Assembly: GCA_965223325.1 (NCBI GenBank) | Contig: CBDCWI010000002.1 | Coordinates: forward strand, 1,760,001-1,824,000 | Length of the DNA stretch: 64,000 nucleotides | Direction: 5' to 3' | Source: Candidatus Multivoradales bacterium | GTDB lineage: Bacteria > Acidobacteriota > Thermoanaerobaculia > Multivoradales > Multivoraceae | Made by a program: the position numbers and the translations under genes | Notes under the pieces: generated by a model | The model's database searches: none | Told to the model about the DNA's origin: nothing | What the model saw: only the letters and a program-made list of their open reading frames with translations | Shown here: positions 29,720 to 37,676 of the stretch, piece after piece | Position numbering within the stretch: position 1 is the stretch's first letter | Layout of the letters: each line of letters begins with the position of its first letter

Positions 29720-30754
29720 ACGGGACGACCTTCCCTCTTCGAGAAAGCGAGAGGGCGACCGTAGGCCCAAACCTGACCAACGCCCCTCTCCGAAAACGCA
29801 CCTGCCGAACAACGAGAGCGAAACGCCACGAGGTGCTGTCGTGGTGACGGCGAAACAAGGACGCTTTGCCGAAGCACTCGCTGAACAGCATCGATCAACG
29901 CCGAAAGCCTCCCAGGAACCGCACACCACGACGGCAAGTCAAACCGTCCCCCTTGGGGGACCGAGGGGGGAGAAGACGAGGACTGAAGTCGTGGTAACGA
30001 CCTCACCCAACCGCTAGACCGAATCTCCATGGGACAACCTTCCCCCATCGAGAAAGCACCTGCCGAACAACGAGAGCGAAACGCCACGAGGTGCTGTCGT
30101 GGTGACGGCGAAACAAGGACGCTTTGCCGAAGCACTCGCTGAACAGCATCGATCAACGCCGAAAGCCTCCCAGGAGCCGCACACCACGACGGCAAGTCAA
30201 ACCGTCCCCCTTGGGGGACCGAGGGGGGAGAATACGGGGCTTGGAGTCGTGGTAACAACAAGCCGAGCAAGCGAGAAGGAAGCTTCACGGCAAAACCCTT
30301 CCCTGCCCTGAGCGCGAAGCGGCCGCCGAACAACCACGGCTGCAAGCCCCCCGTCCCCCTTGGGGGACCGAGGGGGGAGAAGACGAGGACTGAAGTCGTG
30401 GTAACGACCTCACCCAACCGCTAGACCGAATCTCCATGGGACAACCTTCCCCCATCGAGAAAGCACCTGCCGAACAACGAGAGCGAAACGCCACGAGGTG
30501 CTGTCGTGGTGACGGCGAAACAAGGACGCATTGCCGAAGCACTCGCTGAACAGCATCGATCAACGCCGAAAGCCTCCCAGGAGCCGCACACCACGACGGC
30601 AAGTCAAACCGTCCCCCTTGGGGGACCGAGGGGGGAGAAGACGAGGACTGAAGTCGTGGTAACGACCTCACCCAACCGCTAGACCGAATCTCCATGGGAC
30701 AACCTTCCCCCATCGAGAAAGCGAAACGGTGGCCGCAAACCACGACTTCAGTCC
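29720..30754. repeat. Array of stem-loop units separated by a conserved 31-nt hairpin repeat (REP/BIME-like mosaic); includes 258-bp duplications
   Basis: CCGTCCCCCTTGGGGGACCGAGGGGGGAGAA occurs four times (~29944, 30202, 30351, 30609). Near-identical blocks start at 29798, 30056 and 30463. GTCGTGGT...ACCACGAC stems recur. Confidence 0.9.
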
Positions 30755-32691
30755 TTCCAGAGGTTGTTCGCCGCGTAGCGTAGAACCGTCTCCGCCGCGT
30801 CTTCGGCGTAGCCACGCTCCATCATCGCGGCGATCAGGTCGTCGTAGCGCTGACGCTGCTCGGCGTCGCGAGTGCGCGACTTGGTAACGATCCGGCTCAT
30901 GTCACGCACAGAGCTCATCAGTCGCTTCTCGATCGCGTCGCGCAAGGGCTCGTAAGACCTGAACGACACCGACTCGCCGCGACGCGCCGAGGCCCACAGG
31001 AAGGCCATGACCTCCTGGCGGAAGCCGTCGCACGCCGAACCGACGATCGCCAGCTGCTCTTCGATCGACTTGAGGAACTTCTCGTCGGGCTCGAGCTCTT
31101 CGCCGGTCGAGCCGTCCTTGACCAAGGTCTTGTTGACGTAGGCCTCGGTGTGGTCGAGGTAGCTCTGGAACAGGGCTTCTGCCTGTTCCTCGAACGAGTA
31201 GACGAAGGCGCGAGTGATCTCTTTCTCGAGGACCTCGAGGTAGACCTTGTGGATCGTGTCCTGGAGAAGCTCGAGGTAGTGCTTGCGGGTGTCGTCGGGC
31301 AGGTCGACTCGTTTCACCATGTTGATCAGCGCCTCGCGCACATTGATCGGGTGAATGCCGTTGGGCGAGTCTGAAAGGGCGTTGTCGACCGCCTTCATGA
31401 TGAAGCGCGTCGAAATCCCGTCCATGCCTTCGCGACGTGCATCTTCGCGCAGCTCGAGGGCCGAGAGCTTCGAGGTCTTGCCCTTCTCGATCACCTCTTC
31501 GCCGTTGTAGAGGCGCAGCTTGGTGAGCGGATCGCACTTGTTGGTGGGCTCGAGGCGAGTGAGAATCGCAAACATCGCCGCCAATTCGAGGGTGTGCGGC
31601 GCGATCGGCGCTCGGAAGTCGGACTTCTTGAGCAGCTTCTCGTAGATCTTCACCTCTTCGGTGAGGCGCAGGTTGTAGGGAACCTTCACCACTACGATGC
31701 GATCGAGAATCGCTTCGTTGGTGTGGTCACCCTTGAACTTCTGCCACTCCGACTCGTTCGAGTGCGCGATGATCACCGAATCAACGTACACCGTGCCGTG
31801 ACGTCCAGGAGCGGGAATGAACTTTTCCTGCGTCGCGGTGATCATGGTGTGGAGGTACTCGACCTCGTTCTTGAACACCTCGATGAACTCGACCATGCCG
31901 CGGTTGCCGACGTTGAAGGCACCGTTCAAGTCGAGCACTCGGGGGTCGTTCTCGGAGTAGGTGTCGAGCTTGGCGATGTCCTCTGAACCGATGAGCACCG
32001 AGGTGTCCTGGTTGTTCGGGTCGACCGGCGGAACAACACCGATTCCGCGGCGGCGATGGCTCGAGAACTCGACCGTCAGCACCGGCACCTCTTCGTAGCG
32101 TCCCTCGAACTCCTCGTCGAGGCGATGGCGACAGATCGGGCAGAGTTCACCCTCGATGCGCACGTCGAGCATTTCCTCGAACTGGGGCCGCAGGTGGGTG
32201 GGGATGAGATGGAGCGGTTCTTCAGCCATCGGGCAGCCTTCGATGGCATACACCGGCGGACATCCTTCGAGGCCCTTCTTGAGCTTGTCGACCAGCGAGC
32301 TCTTGCCCGCACCGACAGGGCCCATCATGTAGAGCACCTGGCGCGACTCCTCGCCCTGCAGCGAAGCCGAGTGCAGGTAGCGCACCAGCTGATCGAGAGT
32401 CTCTTCGATGCCGAAGAACTCCTTCGAAAAGAAGTCGTAGGAACGCAACGACCGGTCACCAACCACACGCCGAACGACGGGAGAGTCACTTTCTGTCAGG
32501 TCAGTGACGCCCTCCGACACCACCCGTTCATAGAGACGCGCATGAGCCAGCTTGGCGATCTTGGGGTCCGCGCGTACCTCATCGAGATACTCGAGGAAGG
32601 TTCCCCTCCAACTCTGCGACGCTCGCTCTTCCCGATCTTGTTCGATGATCTCGGCAAAGCTGTTCGCTTCTGGCGCCTCTGCTATGGACAT
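30748..32691 (-). CDS. yeaG: PrkA/YeaG family AAA+ serine protein kinase
   Basis: Walker A GPVGAGKS, plus CPMAEEPLHL, NNQDTSVLIG, GNRGMVEFIE, NEAILDR and EGMDGISTRF motifs. Confidence 0.95.
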   Translation of the reverse strand: MSIAEAPEANSFAEIIEQDREERASQSWRGTFLEYLDEVRADPKIAKLAHARLYERVVSEGVTDLTESDSPVVRRVVGDRSLRSYDFFSKEFFGIEETLDQLVRYLHSASLQGEESRQVLYMMGPVGAGKSSLVDKLKKGLEGCPPVYAIEGCPMAEEPLHLIPTHLRPQFEEMLDVRIEGELCPICRHRLDEEFEGRYEEVPVLTVEFSSHRRRGIGVVPPVDPNNQDTSVLIGSEDIAKLDTYSENDPRVLDLNGAFNVGNRGMVEFIEVFKNEVEYLHTMITATQEKFIPAPGRHGTVYVDSVIIAHSNESEWQKFKGDHTNEAILDRIVVVKVPYNLRLTEEVKIYEKLLKKSDFRAPIAPHTLELAAMFAILTRLEPTNKCDPLTKLRLYNGEEVIEKGKTSKLSALELREDARREGMDGISTRFIMKAVDNALSDSPNGIHPINVREALINMVKRVDLPDDTRKHYLELLQDTIHKVYLEVLEKEITRAFVYSFEEQAEALFQSYLDHTEAYVNKTLVKDGSTGEELEPDEKFLKSIEEQLAIVGSACDGFRQEVMAFLWASARRGESVSFRSYEPLRDAIEKRLMSSVRDMSRIVTKSRTRDAEQRQRYDDLIAAMMERGYAEDAAETVLRYAANNLWKD

Positions 32692-32827
32692 GGCGGTCTC
32701 CTGGTCTGGCTGTCTCCATGGGCGCTTCGGACGCCTGTGGGTCGTGTGGTTCTGGGATCTACTGCTCGGATTCCCCTCCCGGGATCAACCTCCAGAACAA
32801 TCTGGAGATATTCTTGAATTTCTAGTT

Positions 32828-32844
32828 ATGCATGCTTGGTGCCA
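32828..32844 (-). promoter_or_regulatory. Sigma54 (-24/-12) promoter of the yeaG operon
   Basis: Minus strand reads TGGCACCAAGCATGCAT (GG-N10-GC) ~140 nt upstream of yeaG, followed by an AT-rich tract. E. coli yeaGH is known to be sigma54-dependent. Confidence 0.7.
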
Positions 32845-33062
32845 TCCGCGTTTCATCGCCAACACCCGAAAGAACACGGAGCAGAGCCCAACGTAATCCG
32901 AACATCAACACATGCACACAAGTTCGACCGACCGCTCGGTCGGTTACAGCAGGGGTGTCCCGCTCGCACCGCAACGGAGCACGCATTGGTACAAGAGACT
33001 CTCCGTCGCGAGACGGCGCTCCACGGAGACAGCTGCTACCCCGTGGCGTGGCTGGTGGAGGT

Positions 33063-33281
33063 CTAGCCCAGGCGGCGTGCGATCGCGGCGAGACCAGACA
33101 ACACGATCGAAATCAAGATCATCGAGGTGATCGGGAAGAACATCGAGAAGCCCTCGCGCTTGACCTTGATGTCACCCGGCAGGTTGCCAAACCAACCGAG
33201 CAGGCCGAACTTGGCAAGGATCCCGGCCATGACGACCAGGATGCCCAGACCGATCAGTAGGTTTCCGGCTGAAGCTTGCAT
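33063..33281 (-). CDS. DUF2905 family small membrane protein
   Basis: GWFGNLPGDIKVKREGFSMFFPITSMILISIVLS signature. Confidence 0.85.
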   Translation of the reverse strand: MQASAGNLLIGLGILVVMAGILAKFGLLGWFGNLPGDIKVKREGFSMFFPITSMILISIVLSGLAAIARRLG

Positions 33282-33313
33282 TGCGGCAACCTACCAAAGC
33301 GGCGTTGCGCTTC

Positions 33314-34303
33314 TTAGCTCCAAAGCCAGGTTCGCATTTGTTGCGCGGTCAGGTTGCCGCCACAGATAACCGTCGCCAGCGTCTGACCGGCAAACTGCTG
33401 GCGGTTCGAAAGAAGCGCCGCAACACCTACCGCCCCCGAAGGCTCGACCACCAGGCCGGCGTGACGATGCAGAAGGCGCATGGCGTCGACAATCGACTCT
33501 TCGCTGACCAGCAGCGCACCATCGACCAGCCCCTGCATGTCGTCGAGTGCTTCTTGAACGGGGACGCGCACGGCAATGCCGTCGGCAATCGTCGTGGCGT
33601 TCTCGGTAACCACCCGCCTGTTCTCTCGCCACGACTCGACCATCGCCGGTGCCCCTTCGGCCTGTACGACCCAGTTGTGTGTCGCGGGGCGAACGGCACG
33701 CAAGACGGTCATGATTCCGTTCGCCAGGGCGCCGTTGCCGAGCGCAATGAGGACTCCATCGAACGGCTCCTCCCAGCGATTCAACTCGAGGGCAATGGTG
33801 CCCGCACCCTCGACGGTCTCCACATCAAAGCTGTCTTCGACGAAACGACCGCCGCGCTGGCGAGCGAAGTCACGCGCCGCGTCCTTGGCAGCGTCGAAGT
33901 CCCGCCCGGCCAGGCGCACGTCGGCACCCAGCGCCCGCATGCGCTCGACCTTCAGTGGGTTGGCGTTCTCGGCGGCGAAAATCGTCGCGGCGATTCCTCG
34001 CTTTCGACTCGACCAGGCGACCGCCTGGCCGAAGTTGCCGGCGCTCGCACAAACCACGGGGGCTGTCCCGGTGTGACCAGCGAGAAGTACCTCCGACCCG
34101 CGGCCTTTGAAGGAACGCAAGGGGTTTGTGGTCTCGACCTTGAGCACCAGGCGCACGCCGAGCTCGTCGTCGAGCGCCTCAGAGCGGTACTGGGGAGTGT
34201 TCAGGAACACCGGCGCGATCAACGACGGTGCCGCTTGGATGCGTTCGAGCGCGATTCGGCTCGCAGCTTTCCAGGCCGCCATGCCCGACACCCTACTCGA
34301 CAT
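33314..34303 (-). CDS. PLP-dependent threonine/serine dehydratase-like enzyme (no ACT domains)
   Basis: RSFKGRG (PLP Lys), SAGNFGQ, LGNGAL, TIADGI, EPSGA and CGGN motifs. Confidence 0.88.
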   Translation of the reverse strand: MSSRVSGMAAWKAASRIALERIQAAPSLIAPVFLNTPQYRSEALDDELGVRLVLKVETTNPLRSFKGRGSEVLLAGHTGTAPVVCASAGNFGQAVAWSSRKRGIAATIFAAENANPLKVERMRALGADVRLAGRDFDAAKDAARDFARQRGGRFVEDSFDVETVEGAGTIALELNRWEEPFDGVLIALGNGALANGIMTVLRAVRPATHNWVVQAEGAPAMVESWRENRRVVTENATTIADGIAVRVPVQEALDDMQGLVDGALLVSEESIVDAMRLLHRHAGLVVEPSGAVGVAALLSNRQQFAGQTLATVICGGNLTAQQMRTWLWS

Positions 34304-34349
34304 CGAAGGAACCCACGGGCAACAACATAGAAGGCGCTATCCTGCCCCC

Positions 34350-34856
34350 ATGCAAACCACAAGTTTCCGGCTCCGGAGCCTCCTGGTGCTCGCTTTCGCA
34401 GCGGCCCTGGCCGCCCCCTCTCCCACTCTGCCAGCAGAAGATCTCGCGCAACGGGTCGAGCGCGAAGCGATCGAGCTGCACGACTTTCTCGAAGACTGGT
34501 TCTCCGGCCGGCTCCCCGAGACCGACGCGGCCTTCAAACGCTTCGCCGACGCCATCGGCGAGAGCTTCGTCATCGTCTCGCCCGACGGCTCCCTGCTCCA
34601 TCGCCAGCAGATCGTCGAGGCGGTGCGCCGAGACCATGGCCGCTGGAAGAACGACAGCAAGGCTAGGATCGAAGTGCGAAACGCCAAGCTCCACCATCAC
34701 GAGGACGGCATCGCAGTCGCCACCTACGAGGAGTGGCAGACGACCTCCAACGGCACGGTAACGCGCTTGAGCTCGGTCGTCTTCAGTGAAGACCCCGAAG
34801 CGCCGGCCGGTCTTGTGTGGGTCCACCTGTCTGAGGTCTGGATGAACGCACCGTGA
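34350..34856 (+). CDS. Secreted DUF4440/SnoaL-like protein
   Basis: Signal peptide, 'ELHDFLEDWFSG', 'ATYEEWQ', 'RLSSVVF' and 'WVHLSEVW'. Confidence 0.7.
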   Translation: MQTTSFRLRSLLVLAFAAALAAPSPTLPAEDLAQRVEREAIELHDFLEDWFSGRLPETDAAFKRFADAIGESFVIVSPDGSLLHRQQIVEAVRRDHGRWKNDSKARIEVRNAKLHHHEDGIAVATYEEWQTTSNGTVTRLSSVVFSEDPEAPAGLVWVHLSEVWMNAP

Positions 34857-36589
34857 CAAGGGCAGGAAGAATCCTCGCCCCGGCCATCGCCGGTCCACTG
34901 CTGCTTCTCGCGACCGGCACGCTTCCGGCGCAAGAGGCCGATGGGATCTGGACGAGCGGTCAGATCGTCACCATGGCTCTCGACATCGACCGCACCCCGG
35001 AAGCCCTGGAGGCGGTCGCAGCCCGCAATGGCCGCATCGTCGCCGTTGGCACGACCGACGCCATCGAAGAGCTGGCCGGTCCAAACACCGAGCGGTTCGA
35101 TCTCGACGGCAAGACGCTCTTGCCCGGCTTCATCGACGCCCACGGCCACCTCTTCTACCAGGCCTTCGTACTCAACTCCGCCGACCTTCAGCCACCGCCG
35201 GCCGGCGGGGTCAGTGACATTCCAGCGCTCCTCGACGCCCTGGTGGCGCATCGCGACGCGTTCGACCTCGGCCCCGGCGACACAATCACTGGCTTCGGCT
35301 ACGACGACTCCCTCCTCGCCGAAGGCCGCCACCCCACCCGTGACGACCTCGATCGTGCGTTCCCGGACAATCCCGTCGTGTTGACGCATGTGTCGGGCCA
35401 TCTCGCCACCACCAACACCGCCGCCCTTCAGAGACTCGGCTACAACGCAGCCACTGAAGACCCACCCGGCGGCCACATTCGTCGGCGCCCGGGCTCGACT
35501 GAACCAAACGGAGTGCTCGAAGAAACTGCCGTGGCCGCGGCGCGCGACCTGGCGCCGGCTCCCGATCCCGCCCTGTTCGCCGGCCTGGTAGCACGAGCAC
35601 AGGAGCTCTACGCCAAGAACGGCATCACGACAGCGCAAGACGGCCGCTCCAATCTTGCAATCCTCGAAGCGATGCGCGGCCTGGCGGCGGCCTCGCAGAT
35701 CTACCTCGACGTCGCCGTCTATCCAGCCTACGAAGCGCTCGAGAGTGCGGGCCTGGGTGACTTCGACCGCAACGATTTCCCTCGCACCTACGACAACCAC
35801 GTGCGCGTTGCAGGGGTGAAGCTGATGCTCGACGGGTCACCGCAGGGAAAGACGGCCTACCTCAGCCGCCCTTTCGAGGTGCCTCCGCCCGGCCAGAGCG
35901 CGGACTACCGCGGCTATCCGATCCAACCACAAGAAGTCGTTGACACCCAGGTTGCCAACCTGATCGAGGCGGGCATTCCGATTCTCGCCCACGCCAACGG
36001 CGACGCAGCGGCCGACCAGCTCGTCCTGGCGGTCGAGCGCGCACTTCGTGGGGCCCCGACGAGTGATCACCGTACGGTCATGATTCACTCCCAGATCGTG
36101 CGCGAAGACCAGCTCGATCGACTCGCGGCGTTGGGAATGATCCCGTCGTTCTTCGTCGCCCATACCTTCTATTGGGGCGACTGGCATAGGGATTCGGTTC
36201 TCGGGGAAGAGCGCGCGAACCGCATCAGTCCCCTGGTCTCTGCTGGCCGCCGCGGGCTTCGTTACACGATTCACAACGACGCCCCGGTGGTACCGCCCGA
36301 CATGCTGCGTCTCTTGTGGACGGCGACCAACCGCCGCACGCGATCGCACGACATCCTGGGAGCCCGGCAACGCGCTTCCATCGAAAGCGCGCTCAGCGCG
36401 GTCACCCTCGACGCAGCCCGGCAGTTGTTCGAAGAAGATTCCAAGGGCTCGATCGAGGTCGGAAAGCTGGCCGATTTCGTCGTGCTTTCGGCCAACCCGC
36501 TCGAAGTACCGGTCGAAAACCTGATGGAGATCGAAGTGGAGTCGACCTGGAAGGAGGGCCAGCAGATCTGGCCCCGCCCGTCGCACTAG
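34853..36589 (+). CDS. Amidohydrolase (YtcJ-like, Amidohydro_3)
   Basis: PGFIDAHGH, GVKLMLDGS, HANGDAA, IHSQ, HNDAPV and GSIEVGKLADFVVL motifs. Confidence 0.9.
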   Translation: MTRAGRILAPAIAGPLLLLATGTLPAQEADGIWTSGQIVTMALDIDRTPEALEAVAARNGRIVAVGTTDAIEELAGPNTERFDLDGKTLLPGFIDAHGHLFYQAFVLNSADLQPPPAGGVSDIPALLDALVAHRDAFDLGPGDTITGFGYDDSLLAEGRHPTRDDLDRAFPDNPVVLTHVSGHLATTNTAALQRLGYNAATEDPPGGHIRRRPGSTEPNGVLEETAVAAARDLAPAPDPALFAGLVARAQELYAKNGITTAQDGRSNLAILEAMRGLAAASQIYLDVAVYPAYEALESAGLGDFDRNDFPRTYDNHVRVAGVKLMLDGSPQGKTAYLSRPFEVPPPGQSADYRGYPIQPQEVVDTQVANLIEAGIPILAHANGDAAADQLVLAVERALRGAPTSDHRTVMIHSQIVREDQLDRLAALGMIPSFFVAHTFYWGDWHRDSVLGEERANRISPLVSAGRRGLRYTIHNDAPVVPPDMLRLLWTATNRRTRSHDILGARQRASIESALSAVTLDAARQLFEEDSKGSIEVGKLADFVVLSANPLEVPVENLMEIEVESTWKEGQQIWPRPSH

Positions 36590-36601
36590 AGGAGTCTCGA
36601 A

Positions 36602-37372
36602 ATGAGCCAATTTGAAGTCGAAATCGTTCCCGTCCTCTCCGACAACTACGTCTACATCCTCAACGAGCCCGATAGCGGCACCACCGCCGTCGTCGATCCG
36701 CCGGTGACCGGTCCTATCAACGAGCTCCTGGCCAATCGCGGCTGGGCACCTTCGATCATCCTGGTCACCCATCACCATCCCGATCATGTAGCGGGAGTGC
36801 AGGAACTCAAGGCCAAGTACGGCGCCCGGGTCTACGGCCCGGCGGCGGAGAGAGAAGCCATCCCGGGTATCGACGTGGCGCTCGAAGAAGGCGACGAGGT
36901 CACCGTCGGAGACCAGACCGGAACGGTGCTCGAGACTCCCGGCCACACCCGCGGCCACATCTCCTATTGGTTCGAAGAGTCGCGCGCCCTCCTTTGTGCC
37001 GACACCCTCTTCGCCCTCGGCTGCGGCCGGCTCTTCGAGGGCACCGCAGAGCAGATGCAGCAGTCGATGGACAAGTACGGTGCGTTGCCCGACGACGCCC
37101 TGGTCTACTGCGGCCACGAGTACACCCAGTCGAACGCTCGCTTCGCCCTCACCGTCGACCCAAACAACGAAGCGCTGGTGAAGCGAGCCCAGGAGATCGA
37201 CCGCCTGCGCGCCGAGGGCCGACCGACGGTTCCGAGCACTCTCGGCGAGGAGCGCGCGACGAACCCGTTCCTGCGCACCAGCGACCCTCAGATCAAGCGA
37301 CTCCTGAAGATGGAGAACGCCACGCCGGCCGAAGTGTTCGGCGAGATCCGCCAGCGCAAAGACAACTCCTGA
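36602..37372 (+). CDS. gloB: Hydroxyacylglutathione hydrolase (glyoxalase II)
   Basis: DNYVY, THHHPDHVAG, TPGHTRGH, DTLFALGCGRLFEG, CGHEYT and ERATNPFLR motifs. Confidence 0.95.
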   Translation: MSQFEVEIVPVLSDNYVYILNEPDSGTTAVVDPPVTGPINELLANRGWAPSIILVTHHHPDHVAGVQELKAKYGARVYGPAAEREAIPGIDVALEEGDEVTVGDQTGTVLETPGHTRGHISYWFEESRALLCADTLFALGCGRLFEGTAEQMQQSMDKYGALPDDALVYCGHEYTQSNARFALTVDPNNEALVKRAQEIDRLRAEGRPTVPSTLGEERATNPFLRTSDPQIKRLLKMENATPAEVFGEIRQRKDNS

Positions 37373-37536
37373 GGGCCAGGCCGCTTTTGACGGCGAACCC
37401 CGGCGGCGAAGCGACCCCGCCTCCGAGGGCACGGGCGATGGACCGGTCGGCAACCGACTGATCCCTCCGAGGCTCGCGGCGTGGGCCGGGTCAGGTCCCA
37501 AGAAGGCACGAGGGGTGCTTCAGCTTTCTTGCGAGC

Positions 37537-37553
37537 TGGCACACAAACTGCTT
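37537..37553 (+). promoter_or_regulatory. Sigma54-like promoter upstream of the large surface protein
   Basis: TGGCACACAAACTGCTT (GG-N10-GC) followed by an AT-rich region, ~125 nt before the ORF. Confidence 0.55.
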
Positions 37554-37676
37554 ATTCATTTCTAAGAAGCTAGGTATTTCTAGCATCAAATCGCAGTTTT
37601 TCCCGCCGAACAATTTCTTTATTGTTGCAGCCGTTCCGTTCTGGGTCTCGCGCCGCGACTCCTCCCCCCAAAGGTC

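Noticed and set aside
29720-30754. CRISPR array or integron cassette array
   Set aside because: Inter-repeat segments are ~120-230 nt, homologous to each other and partly duplicated. No cas or integrase gene is present, there are no GTTRRRY/RYYYAAC cores, and there are no cassette ORFs.
29680-30815. ORFs of 245 and 176 aa within the repeat array
   Set aside because: They are translations of the DNA repeats with no protein-like features.
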